From assembly GCA_001786365.1 (NCBI GenBank), contig MFWK01000001.1:1-35039 (forward strand): a DNA stretch of 35,039 nucleotides, in the 5' to 3' direction. The translations under genes were made by a program, and so were the position numbers. Origin of the DNA: Candidatus Nomurabacteria bacterium RIFOXYD2_FULL_35_12 (GTDB lineage: Bacteria; Patescibacteriota; Minisyncoccia; Phycocordibacterales; UBA9973). Below are positions 16,891-24,525 of the stretch, piece after piece. How positions within the stretch are numbered: the first letter of the stretch is position 1; every line of letters starts with the position of its first letter. The notes beneath the pieces were generated by a model that was given only the letters and a program-made list of their open reading frames with translations, did no database searches and was not told the DNA's origin.

Positions 16891-17412
16891 ATGTTTACTG
16901 ACCCGATAAAAAATTTAAGAGCCTTTGGGTTAAGAGAGGACAATGTTGTGGCGGATTTGGGCGCTGGGACTGGTTTTTATTCTGTGGCTGCGGGGCATAT
17001 AGTAGGCAGAGGAAAAGTCTATGCTATTGAAATAGTGAAAGATTTTCTAGAGACGATAAAAAACAAAGTTCATGATGCTCATTTAAAAAATGTAGAAATT
17101 CTATGGGGTGATATTGAAAAACTTGGTGGTACAAAATTGCGTGATGGCATTATAGATGCGGCTATTGCTTCAAATGTTCTTTTTCAGGTTTCAAATAAAG
17201 AGAATTTTATACAAGAAACGAAAAGAATTTTAAAACAAAAGGGGAGAGTCTTATTGATAGATTCATCAAAACCATCGATCATGGGTGCAGGTGCAATAGT
17301 CTCTAAAAACAAGGCTCGTGAGATGTTTGAAAAGAATGGCTTTATCTGGGAGAGAGACATTAATGCAGGCGAGCATCATTATGGTATGATATTAATTAAG
17401 TCATCCCAGTAG
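16891..17412 (+). CDS. class I SAM-dependent methyltransferase
   Basis: VADLGAGTGFYS motif I. Confidence 0.75.
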   Translation: MFTDPIKNLRAFGLREDNVVADLGAGTGFYSVAAGHIVGRGKVYAIEIVKDFLETIKNKVHDAHLKNVEILWGDIEKLGGTKLRDGIIDAAIASNVLFQVSNKENFIQETKRILKQKGRVLLIDSSKPSIMGAGAIVSKNKAREMFEKNGFIWERDINAGEHHYGMILIKSSQ

Positions 17413-17456
17413 TAGAGCATTTAGCCCACTGTGGGACAGGTAAAAGTAAAAAAATC

Positions 17457-18752
17457 ATGAAAAATTTTCAACTCATAACCGTAATCATATTTATCGCCCT
17501 GGCTATCTTTGGAGTTTTGGTTTTTTCTGGAGCTATACCTTTGGGGAATAATAATGCGCCAGGAAGCCTAGGAACTGTAGTTCTATGGGGAACGGTAAAG
17601 TCTGCTACTATTGCTCCAATTTTACAAGAGTTCAACACTGCCAATCCTACTTTTACAGTTAAATATGTACAAAAAGAAGCAGGAAGTTTTGATTTGGATT
17701 TGTTGGAGGCATTAGCTGGAGGCGTCGGTCCTGATTTGTTTTTCTTGCCTGACGATTTGGCTTTTCATTATTCTAATAAAATTTTCAAGATTCCATTTTC
17801 TAGCCTTTCGCTTGCTTCTTTTAAGAGTAATTTCGCTGGTGCAGGGGATGTGTTTTTGACCAGTACGGGCGCCTTGGCTTTTCCTTTATCTATTGACCCA
17901 CTTATGATGTATTACAATAGGAGCATTCTTGACTCTAGTGGAGTCGTTTCTCCGCCAGTTTTCTGGGATGATTTAGTCGGCCTCGCGTCAAAACTTACAA
18001 AAAAAGATGATACAAATAAAATAATAAAAAGCGCAGTTGCTTTGGGGCACTTTTCCAATGTGAATAATGCCAAAGATATTTTGTCCGCTCTTTTAATGCA
18101 GACGGGAAACCCTATTGTAGTAGAAAAAGACGGAATTTTTGATTCTAGTTTGAATACCAGTACTTTCAATCCAAAATATGACCTCGGTTCAATTTTGAGA
18201 TTCTATACGGATTTTGCCGATCCAAACAAAGAAGTTTATTCTTGGAATAAATCGTTTCCGAATTCTAGTGATGCTTTTTCAGCGGAGAATTTAGCATTAT
18301 ATTTTGGTTTTGCTAGCGAACTACCTTCTCTTGTGAATAAAAATCCAAATCAAAACTTGGGAGTTACTTCATTTCCTCAAATTAAAAATTCTAATTTCAA
18401 ATCAACTATGGCTCATGTGACGGGCATAGCTATCTTATCTTCTTCAAAAAACTTTAACACAGCCTTTACTGCAGCGAGTCTGCTTTCTTCCGGCAATTTT
18501 GCTTCCAAGTTCGCAATTGCGACAGGCACAGCACCTGCGCGTAGAGATTTGTTAAATGTAAAACAGTCCAATGCTTATTCTCCGATTTTCTATAATTCAG
18601 CTCTCTTTGGAAAGAGTTGGCTTGATCCATCACAAAAAGACACAGACAACATCTTCCGAAATATGATAGATGGAGTACTTTCAAACAATATGACTGTAGA
18701 GAGTGCCATTTCCGACGCTAGTAGTAAGTTGGGATTACTTTTGTTAAAGTAG
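17457..18752 (+). CDS. membrane-anchored extracellular solute-binding protein (ABC-type, family 1-like)
   Basis: N-terminal TM anchor. Size and periplasmic-binding-protein-like pattern (VVLWGT..., DLFFLPDD..., YYNR). No partner permease or ATPase in the window. Confidence 0.5.
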   Translation: MKNFQLITVIIFIALAIFGVLVFSGAIPLGNNNAPGSLGTVVLWGTVKSATIAPILQEFNTANPTFTVKYVQKEAGSFDLDLLEALAGGVGPDLFFLPDDLAFHYSNKIFKIPFSSLSLASFKSNFAGAGDVFLTSTGALAFPLSIDPLMMYYNRSILDSSGVVSPPVFWDDLVGLASKLTKKDDTNKIIKSAVALGHFSNVNNAKDILSALLMQTGNPIVVEKDGIFDSSLNTSTFNPKYDLGSILRFYTDFADPNKEVYSWNKSFPNSSDAFSAENLALYFGFASELPSLVNKNPNQNLGVTSFPQIKNSNFKSTMAHVTGIAILSSSKNFNTAFTAASLLSSGNFASKFAIATGTAPARRDLLNVKQSNAYSPIFYNSALFGKSWLDPSQKDTDNIFRNMIDGVLSNNMTVESAISDASSKLGLLLLK

Positions 18753-18755
18753 TAG

Positions 18756-18787
18756 AAAGTTTATAAAGTTTATAAAGTTATAAAGTA
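18756..18787 (+). promoter_or_regulatory. AAAGTT(T)AT tandem cassette
   Basis: aaagtttataaagtttataaagttataaagta then ATG 18788. Confidence 0.6.
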
Positions 18788-19162
18788 ATGCAAAAAATTA
18801 AAAAATTCGTGATTTTACTTTCAATACTTTTTATGCCAGTTGTTTCTCTTGCAGAAAATTTTGTTTTAATACCTTGCAAGGGTGCTGATTGTGATTTTAA
18901 TGGTTTAATGGCTCTTATAAATAATGTAATTCATTTTGTGCTCTTTTATATGGCTGTTCCTATCGCCGCTATTATGTTCTTTTATGCTGGTTTTATGATG
19001 GTGACTTCAGCAGGTAGTTCGGAAAGCAAGACTAAAGCCAAAAATATTTTTTCTAGTGCTGTTTATGGGCTTGTCATTGTGGCAGCCGCTTGGCTCATTG
19101 TTAGGACTATATTATCAATCTTGGGCTATGAAGGGGCTTGGATATTTAATAATTTTAAATAA
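18788..19162 (+). CDS. TrbC/VirB2-like pilin-like protein 1
   Basis: Signal peptide, Cys pair (CKGADC), TM1, short charged loop (SAGSSESKTKAK), TM2. Confidence 0.7.
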   Translation: MQKIKKFVILLSILFMPVVSLAENFVLIPCKGADCDFNGLMALINNVIHFVLFYMAVPIAAIMFFYAGFMMVTSAGSSESKTKAKNIFSSAVYGLVIVAAAWLIVRTILSILGYEGAWIFNNFK

Positions 19163-19178
19163 GGTGTATAATATAATC

Positions 19179-19556
19179 ATGAATTTCATAAAAAAGAGTT
19201 GGTCCAAATTGGTTTTATTGTCTTATGCTTTTTTTATACCTATTATTTCCTTTGCTCAAAATGAGCAGATATCTCCAAATAATCCTTGCACTGCAGGTAA
19301 GATTTGTAACCCAATAAAAACAGATACAATCAATGACTTAATCAAAACTCTCTTAGAGGGAGTTTTGAAAGTGGGTATACCTATCGTTGCTTTGGCTATT
19401 ATTTATTGTGGTTTTCTTTTTGTGTCTGCTCAGGGTAATACAGAAAAATTAACTGAAGCAAAAAAATCTCTTACATATACTTTGATCGGCGCAGCGATAT
19501 TATTAGGTTCATGGGCTATTGCACAGCTTATATCAAACACTGTGCTCGCGCTTTGA
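19179..19556 (+). CDS. TrbC/VirB2-like pilin-like protein 2
   Basis: Same architecture (CTAGKIC; loop SAQGNTEKLTEAKK). Start moved to MNFIKK..., which gives a signal peptide. The ORF-track start 19056 overlaps the upstream gene. Confidence 0.7.
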   Translation: MNFIKKSWSKLVLLSYAFFIPIISFAQNEQISPNNPCTAGKICNPIKTDTINDLIKTLLEGVLKVGIPIVALAIIYCGFLFVSAQGNTEKLTEAKKSLTYTLIGAAILLGSWAIAQLISNTVLAL

Positions 19557-19560
19557 GCAA

Positions 19561-19596
19561 GTAAAAAGTTTATAAAGTTCGTAAAGTTATAAAGTA
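19561..19596 (+). promoter_or_regulatory. AAAGTT(T)AT tandem cassette
   Basis: gtaaaaagtttataaagttcgtaaagttataaagta then ATG 19597. Confidence 0.6.
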
Positions 19597-20370
19597 ATGA
19601 AAAAAATAAAAAAATACGCAATATCTATTTTAATAATCTTCGCACTCATTGGGGTTTTTAGTCCAGTGGTTCAGATTAGTGCAGATTCATTACAAACATT
19701 TGAGCAATCGCAGGATTACCCACCAAGTTATTATGCAAATAATCAACCTTCATCATCCACCTGTACTGCTTTAACCGGCGTGCAAAGTGTGATATGTAAA
19801 GTAAATGAAATAGTTGGTTCAATAGTCCCTGTTTTGATTGCTTTAGGATTAGTATATTTTGTCTGGGGAGTAATTCAGTATATGATAGGCACCGAAGAAG
19901 AGACTAAAAAGGGCGGAAAAGGGAAAATAATTTATGGCATTATCGGTTTGGCTGTTATTGTTGGTGTTTGGGGATTAGTAAATATTTTAAAAACTACTTT
20001 TGTTAATTCAGAAAATCTTTCTGCGCCTACTCTTTCGACTATAACTACAGTTGGGACGAGTGCTAGTTGTGATATTACTAAAACTTCAAAATTTCAAGAC
20101 GTTTTGTGTTATGTTACTAAAATCATCAATAATTCTATCATTCCTCTCATTTTTGCTCTTGCTCTAGCTATGTTTGTCTGGGGTGTGGTACAGTTTGTTT
20201 TGAATAGCGATGAAGAGGTGAAGAAAGAAAAAGGAAGGCAGTTTATGCTTTGGGGGATTATAGCTTTGACGGTGATGATTTCTGTATGGGGTTTGGTGGC
20301 AATATTAGGTGACACCTTTAAGATTAAGACCAATGTCCTTCCGCAAGTTCAACCACCTACAACACGCTAG
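19597..20370 (+). CDS. TrbC/VirB2-like pilin-like protein 3 (internally duplicated, two modules)
   Basis: Two consecutive Cys...Cys / TM / WGV(I/V)Q(Y/F) / acidic-basic loop / TM modules. Confidence 0.7.
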   Translation: MKKIKKYAISILIIFALIGVFSPVVQISADSLQTFEQSQDYPPSYYANNQPSSSTCTALTGVQSVICKVNEIVGSIVPVLIALGLVYFVWGVIQYMIGTEEETKKGGKGKIIYGIIGLAVIVGVWGLVNILKTTFVNSENLSAPTLSTITTVGTSASCDITKTSKFQDVLCYVTKIINNSIIPLIFALALAMFVWGVVQFVLNSDEEVKKEKGRQFMLWGIIALTVMISVWGLVAILGDTFKIKTNVLPQVQPPTTR

Positions 20371-20437
20371 ATTGCATTTGTTTTTATGATACAATTAAAA
20401 GATATTATTATTAGTTATTATTAGGTCGGATTATTAG

Positions 20438-20473
20438 TAAAAAGTTATAAAGTTTATAAAGTTATAAAGTAAA
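20438..20473 (+). promoter_or_regulatory. AAAGTT(T)AT tandem cassette
   Basis: gtaaaaagttataaagtttataaagttataaagtaa, 3 nt before ATG 20477. Confidence 0.6.
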
Positions 20474-20476
20474 TTT

Positions 20477-20881
20477 ATGAAAAAGAAATTAATTGTTTTA
20501 TCAGGTTTTGTTTTAGGTTTAGCTCCTGTCGTGGCTTTAGCACAAGGTACAGTCGGAGGTTGCGCTGGAATCATTACGGGTGGGGATCAAACACTTGTAA
20601 CGGTAATTTGTAAGGTAAATCAAATTATAGGTGTTATCGTCCCAGTTTTGATTGCTTTGGGTGTTGCTTACTTTATCTGGGGTGTCATCCAGTATGTAAT
20701 AGGAACTGATGCGGAGGCAAAATCGTCAGCCATAAATAAGATTATTTACGGCATTATCGGTTTAGCCGTTATAGTTGCTGTTTGGGGACTTGTGCAAATC
20801 TTAACTAGAACTTTCGGAGTTGATAATCCGACAGCAGTTCCTCTTCCGGGTGTTCCTGGTTTTAATGGTTCTGTTCGATAA
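20477..20881 (+). CDS. TrbC/VirB2-like pilin-like protein 4
   Basis: Very close to module 1 of protein 3 (ICKVNQIIGVIVPVLIALG..YFIWGVIQYVIGT...IIYGIIGLAVIV.VWGLV). Confidence 0.75.
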   Translation: MKKKLIVLSGFVLGLAPVVALAQGTVGGCAGIITGGDQTLVTVICKVNQIIGVIVPVLIALGVAYFIWGVIQYVIGTDAEAKSSAINKIIYGIIGLAVIVAVWGLVQILTRTFGVDNPTAVPLPGVPGFNGSVR

Positions 20882-20886
20882 AAATG

Positions 20887-20952
20887 AATCTAGTTAGAGG
20901 TTTACTTACTGGAGTCATTGTTGAAGATTATTAATTTTAATTTCTAAGCGGG
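20887..20952 (+). promoter_or_regulatory. degenerate copy of the CCCGTTAGAA...TTCTAAACGGG leader element
   Basis: 5' aatctagttagagg (20887-20900) and 3' atttctaagcggg (20940-20952), immediately before ATG 20953. Confidence 0.4.
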
Positions 20953-21309
20953 ATGGATTTATTCTCTACAAAAATAGTTTATGGGGCTCAGTCCTTAAAT
21001 CAGTTTATAGCAAATGTTGATAGGGAAATCATAAACCCTCTTATATTATTTCTTTTTGCCCTTGCTTTGGTTTATTTTCTTTATGGACTGTTTGAATTTA
21101 TAGCAAATGGAGCAAATGATGAGAAAAAAACGACGGGGAAGAGTCATATGCTTTGGGGCGTTGTAGGGCTAACCATTATGATGGGTGTTTGGTTTATCCT
21201 AGGAGTAATAATGAGCACCTTCAATATAGAGGGAATAAAGCCAGAAACAGGGGACGTGGAATTGCCTGAATATGTTGCACCTAGTACGAATGGTTTAAGA
21301 CAGAATTAG
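20953..21309 (+). CDS. TrbC/VirB2-like pilin-like protein 5 (no obvious signal peptide)
   Basis: TM / charged loop (NGANDEKKTTGKSH) / TM with MLWGVVGLTIMMGVW, as in module 2 of protein 3. Confidence 0.6.
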   Translation: MDLFSTKIVYGAQSLNQFIANVDREIINPLILFLFALALVYFLYGLFEFIANGANDEKKTTGKSHMLWGVVGLTIMMGVWFILGVIMSTFNIEGIKPETGDVELPEYVAPSTNGLRQN

Positions 21310-21323
21310 TGAGTAAAAAGAAG

Positions 21324-21361
21324 AAAAGGCGGTCGTTCACGAGGAACGGTCCGCCCTTTTC
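21324..21361. terminator. bidirectional terminator at the AT/GC boundary
   Basis: AAAAGGCGGTCGTTC-acgag-GAACGGTCCGCCCTTTT between convergent genes. Confidence 0.7.
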
Positions 21362-21433
21362 TTGTATTGGTCAACAACTTTGTGCTCAGCCAATACGATA
21401 CTAACTGATCCATTTTGCGCTGGTGTCGGGCGC

Positions 21434-22306
21434 TCATCGCACTTTTTGCACGATGACTTTTTTATACACTCGCACCCTGACTGGATGCAGGGGGTCCGGA
21501 GAAACAAACTCTGCTTCGCCGGGCCTGAATGTTTCAGGGGTTGCAGTTCCTTCCCCTTTTCCAGATATTTCTACCCAATTGCAATTGTTATACTTGATTC
21601 GCAATGGGTAGCCATCTGACCGGACCACACATCCCCATCCTACGAAACCACTGCAGGGTGTGTATTTTTCGAACACTTTTTCCAGCATTTCAACCATCTC
21701 TACTTTTTGCTGGACGATGCGTTGTGTTGCTGGTGCCGTAACTGCCGGTGGTGGTTTGTTCCAGCGCTTACCTTGCCAGAACGTGCCAAGTGCATCCCAC
21801 AACGCACCGCCCACTCCTTTTTCTTCCAGGATGGCTCTGGCTTCATCCCGATTCGCCCACGTGGCGGTGTATTTTGGGAACCCCAGCTGGAGGATGAGGA
21901 GGGTGAAGACAACTCCGAGAGCTACTATCACCATTCCACGCTTTTGCTTGATCCAGGCGAACGCAAGCCCGCCTGCAATCAAGGCTGCAATGAGCCCCCA
22001 GATGAACAAAAGCTCTTGGTCCTTTTCTCCTACTGGCCCCAGCGCTCTTTCGATGACACCGAGACTTTTTTGGAGAATGTAGAATATCACGACAGCTATC
22101 GCGAATACTCCAGCTTTTTGGATGCCTTCCAATGCAGTTGTGACTCCATCCTTCACTTGTTTCCAGACTGAGAAGCCTAGATAGAGTGCCATGACGACCC
22201 AGAAGGTCGTAAAGAAGGGAGTTTCCCACAGTGCCTTTAACGCAGCACTGATTGCGATGGCTAAACCGAGTAAGCCTAGCCATGGTTGGTTTATTATGTT
22301 GTTCAT
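21434..22306 (-). CDS. polytopic membrane protein (about 5 TM) with Cys-containing C-terminal soluble domain, no family recognised; G+C-rich
   Basis: 290-codon ORF. TM helices separated by charged loops. ATGA overlap with the upstream ORF. Codon usage is foreign to the flanks. Confidence 0.7.
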   Translation of the reverse strand: MNNIINQPWLGLLGLAIAISAALKALWETPFFTTFWVVMALYLGFSVWKQVKDGVTTALEGIQKAGVFAIAVVIFYILQKSLGVIERALGPVGEKDQELLFIWGLIAALIAGGLAFAWIKQKRGMVIVALGVVFTLLILQLGFPKYTATWANRDEARAILEEKGVGGALWDALGTFWQGKRWNKPPPAVTAPATQRIVQQKVEMVEMLEKVFEKYTPCSGFVGWGCVVRSDGYPLRIKYNNCNWVEISGKGEGTATPETFRPGEAEFVSPDPLHPVRVRVYKKVIVQKVR

Positions 22307-23061
22307 GATTTTTTGAATCCCTTGAATACATTGACGATGGCGTCTTTAATGAACTCAGCTGCTACACTGAGCCACAAGACCTCCATTTCCGTCACTTTGT
22401 CTTTTTCTTTGCTTGCTCCAGTGCCAGTTGTTGTAGAGGCTAGTTTTGCTTTCGCTTTTGCCTCTGCTTTTTTTTCTGCCTCTTCCCACCATCTTCCAAC
22501 ATTGTCCTTAAACGCAAGAAGCAACAGTGGAAGAAGTGCAGCGACCATCCAAAAGGCCGCCTTGCTCCAGAACCAACTCTTCACTGGTTTTGTTGTTGTG
22601 GTTGTGGTCGGAGGATCACGGAGATATTCTGCGATTCCCGTGAATATGGGTTTCAAAATGGTGAGCCCACCATCAGAAGCCTGAATAACCAACCCCTTGG
22701 TTGGCTTCCACACAGACTCAACGACACCCCCTTTTTCAGGGAGGAGAAGTCCTGGTCCCCATCCGTATTGGAGAGCGATGAGGCAGGTAACCACTGTGCT
22801 GGCGAAGAAGATAAACCACCATGTGTCCTCGCCACCTTTTCGGAATAATGCCCAGAAGGCATCTTTTCCACCAAACAGACGAATGGTTCCTGCCCCTACC
22901 AGGAGGCAGATGGTGATCCATCCGATGAACGGGATCCAAAACCCCGAACTAACGAATGTCGTGATTCCTGTCCAATTCTTCACAATGAGGAAGAGGGACA
23001 ACACGGCAAGCAACACGAAGCATATTATTGTTTTGCCTTTCATGTTTTCTTTCTTGCACAT
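22303..23061 (-). CDS. polytopic membrane protein (about 4 TM) with Thr-run and Lys/Ala/Glu-rich tail, no family recognised; G+C-rich
   Basis: 252-codon ORF, first gene of a 2-gene unit behind promoter P3. The alternative start MKGKT... is 6 codons in. Confidence 0.65.
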   Translation of the reverse strand: MCKKENMKGKTIICFVLLAVLSLFLIVKNWTGITTFVSSGFWIPFIGWITICLLVGAGTIRLFGGKDAFWALFRKGGEDTWWFIFFASTVVTCLIALQYGWGPGLLLPEKGGVVESVWKPTKGLVIQASDGGLTILKPIFTGIAEYLRDPPTTTTTTKPVKSWFWSKAAFWMVAALLPLLLLAFKDNVGRWWEEAEKKAEAKAKAKLASTTTGTGASKEKDKVTEMEVLWLSVAAEFIKDAIVNVFKGFKKS

Positions 23062-23075
23062 TTAAGTGCAGATGC

Positions 23076-23095
23076 GTTCCGATTTACATCGGAAC
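23076..23095 (-). other. 5'-UTR stem-loop with GUAA tetraloop
   Basis: GTTCCGAT-gtaa-ATCGGAAC on the minus strand, between P3 and ATG 23061. Confidence 0.55.
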
Positions 23096-23127
23096 TGGTT
23101 TATGAACTTGTCAAAGAGTACGTGTAT

Positions 23128-23157
23128 ATTATATCACACTAATACTTGTTTTGTCAA
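23128..23157 (-). promoter_or_regulatory. promoter P3 (consensus hexamers)
   Basis: Minus strand: TTGACA (23157-23152), 18-nt spacer, TATAAT (23133-23128). Confidence 0.65.
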
Positions 23158-23159
23158 GC

Positions 23160-23190
23160 AAAAAAGCTCCTTAAAATAAGGAGCTTTTTT
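23160..23190. terminator. intrinsic terminator after the 164-aa gene
   Basis: AAAAAAGCTCCTTA-aaa-TAAGGAGCTTTTTT. Confidence 0.85.
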
Positions 23191-23207
23191 GGAAATTTTA
23201 TTACTGA

Positions 23208-23702
23208 TTAGCTGTGTTTAAGTGGAGTTGATTGATACTTTTCAGCACCGCCATAAATCCTTCTTACCAAGACAACTATAAACAAAATTAATATTGCAAC
23301 TATTACCCATTGAATCAATCTTGAAGGAATAAAACTATTTGATCCAAAAACTGCGTTGGCTGCGAGGTTGCTGTTATTTCCAGTGTTTGCATTATTTACA
23401 GATGTGTTTGTGGAATTAGTAGTAGTTGTTTTAGTAGTTGTAGTATTTGAATCTGTAGTATTTGTTTTTACAACCGGTACTGTTTCGTAAGTATTAACAT
23501 ACACAGGGGTAGGGTTGTATTGATTATAATTTTCAGAAGAAATATTTCCTCCACTTACAACATATCCACCATTTCCAACATATCCACCACCATAATACTG
23601 CGCGTTCGTTTTTGATGGTATCATTATCACTCCAAGAGACAAAATGGCTAAAATTACTAAGCTAAAAACGATATTATATTTTATTGTATTTATATTTTTC
23701 AT
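23208..23702 (-). CDS. secreted, C-terminally TM-anchored Gly-motif / Thr-Asn-rich protein
   Basis: Signal peptide (...PSKTNA-QY), YYGGGYVGNGGYVVSGGN motif, T/N-rich stalk, C-terminal TM helix. AT-rich codons. Confidence 0.7.
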   Translation of the reverse strand: MKNINTIKYNIVFSLVILAILSLGVIMIPSKTNAQYYGGGYVGNGGYVVSGGNISSENYNQYNPTPVYVNTYETVPVVKTNTTDSNTTTTKTTTTNSTNTSVNNANTGNNSNLAANAVFGSNSFIPSRLIQWVIVAILILFIVVLVRRIYGGAEKYQSTPLKHS

Positions 23703-23703
23703 C

Positions 23704-23804
23704 CCGTTTAGAAATCATCCCATCTATACATATTATATTTACATAAAGATAGGTAATTTATTGTTATTTTGTAACATTTTCCCGTTATGTAAATTTCTAA
23801 CGGG
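23704..23804 (-). promoter_or_regulatory. closed leader element CCCGTTAGAAAT...ATTTCTAAACGGG-ATG
   Basis: Minus-strand 5' arm 23804-23793 is complementary to the 3' arm 23716-23704, which abuts the start codon. The 5' arm can alternatively form the local hairpin CCCGTTA/TAACGGG (23781-23804). Confidence 0.55.
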
Positions 23805-23819
23805 ATTCATAACATAGAT

Positions 23820-23848
23820 AGTATAGCATATTCAGATGTAAATGTCAA
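23820..23848 (-). promoter_or_regulatory. promoter P2 (consensus -35)
   Basis: Minus strand: TTGACA (23848-23843), 17-nt spacer, TATACT (23825-23820). The 32-nt block is 30/32 identical to P1. Confidence 0.7.
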
Positions 23849-23851
23849 GAG

Positions 23852-23893
23852 AAAAGGCGCCTTTCTGCATGGTTAGCAAATTGGCGCCCTTTT
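23852..23893 (-). terminator. terminator after the lipoprotein-like gene
   Basis: Minus strand: AAAAGGGCGCC, 20-nt loop, GGCGCCTTTTCTCTT, running straight into the -35 of P2. Confidence 0.55.
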
Positions 23894-23919
23894 CGATTTC
23901 GTTGATGTGTTTTGACGTG

Positions 23920-24369
23920 TTAGTAACGTCGGCGGAAGCCACTACCTCCACTGACGACGAATCCACCGTTACCGACGAACCCTCCTCCGCCGTTTCCTCC
24001 ACAATATTGTGGAGGGTGGGACGGTGGATAATACCTACCGCCGTATTGTTTTTGCCAAGCGTAACCTGCGTTCCAAGTTGGCCGACTGTTGGCCTGAACC
24101 TGCACAGTGCCGACCTTCTCGGCGACTTGCAGCTTGTGTCGCTGTATCCCTTCATTGACTGCGAGGCCTGACTTCACTTCCGACTCGGTGTGGGTCGTTA
24201 CCCGACCGTCCGGTCCTATGTCGGTCGTGGTTTTTGTGACCGTTGCCTTCTCGCCTTCTATGTAGGGGAGCGGGCCGGTCTTCTGAGCGATGGCCGTGTT
24301 TCCATTAAAGGCGCAACCTTGCGTCAATGCCAAAACTGCTACTGCGATTATGATACTCACTGTTTTCAT
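23920..24369 (-). CDS. secreted lipoprotein-like Gly-motif protein; G+C-rich
   Basis: Good SD (AAAGGAGAC, 7 nt upstream). Signal peptide ending LALTQGC (lipobox-like, not canonical). C-terminal CGGNGGGGFVGNGGFVVSGGSGFRRRY. Confidence 0.7.
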   Translation of the reverse strand: MKTVSIIIAVAVLALTQGCAFNGNTAIAQKTGPLPYIEGEKATVTKTTTDIGPDGRVTTHTESEVKSGLAVNEGIQRHKLQVAEKVGTVQVQANSRPTWNAGYAWQKQYGGRYYPPSHPPQYCGGNGGGGFVGNGGFVVSGGSGFRRRY

Positions 24370-24398
24370 TGTCTGTCTCCTTTGTTGTTATTGTTGTT

Positions 24399-24450
24399 CC
24401 TGCGTGATAGTAACTTAGAAAATCAATTTTCTAAACTATTATCACACAGG
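24399..24450 (-). other. 24-bp imperfect hairpin in the 5' UTR
   Basis: Minus-strand RNA CCUGUGUGAUAAUAGUUUAGAAAA-UUGA-UUUUCUAAGUUACUAUCACGCAGG. 20 Watson-Crick pairs, 3 G-U pairs and 1 mismatch. The wobbles only work on the minus strand. Confidence 0.6.
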
Positions 24451-24496
24451 AAAGCAAGGAAAATGTAGAAAGAACAATATATCTATTACTTTTAAT

Positions 24497-24525
24497 AGTA
24501 TAGCATATTCATATGTAAAAGTCAA
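24497..24525 (-). promoter_or_regulatory. promoter P1
   Basis: Minus strand: TTGACT (24525-24520), 17-nt spacer, TATACT (24502-24497). Confidence 0.7.

Noticed and set aside
19056-19178. Upstream extension of pilin-like gene 2 (ORF-track start 19056).
   Set aside because: The extension overlaps the 3' end of pilin-like gene 1. The internal ATG 19179 yields a canonical signal peptide and is preceded by AAGGTG.
14132-20473. AAAGTT(T)AT repeats as a CRISPR array or minisatellite.
   Set aside because: The units are only 8-9 nt with no spacers. The blocks are dispersed and always abut start codons, so this is not CRISPR architecture.
21362-23065. Plus-strand ORFs in the G+C-rich island (21362-21619, 21423-21611, 21660-22082, 21707-22171, 22286-22684, 22697-23065) and extra minus-frame ORFs (21700-21912, 21843-22331, 22653-22874, 22736-22939).
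   Set aside because: High G+C removes stop codons in all frames. These ORFs overlap the two long minus-strand ORFs. The long ORFs have coherent TM/loop organisation, an ATGA junction, a promoter and terminators. The alternatives translate to Ser/Pro/Arg-rich antisense-type sequence.
23545-24000. Gly-motif similarity as a DGR template/variable repeat pair.
   Set aside because: The two stretches differ mainly at synonymous third positions rather than at adenine-specific sites. No reverse transcriptase is present in the window.
23832-24171. ORFs 23832-24155 (-) and 23842-24171 (+), overlapping the lipoprotein-like gene.
   Set aside because: Same G+C artefact. Only 23920-24369 (-) has an SD, a signal peptide and the shared Gly motif.
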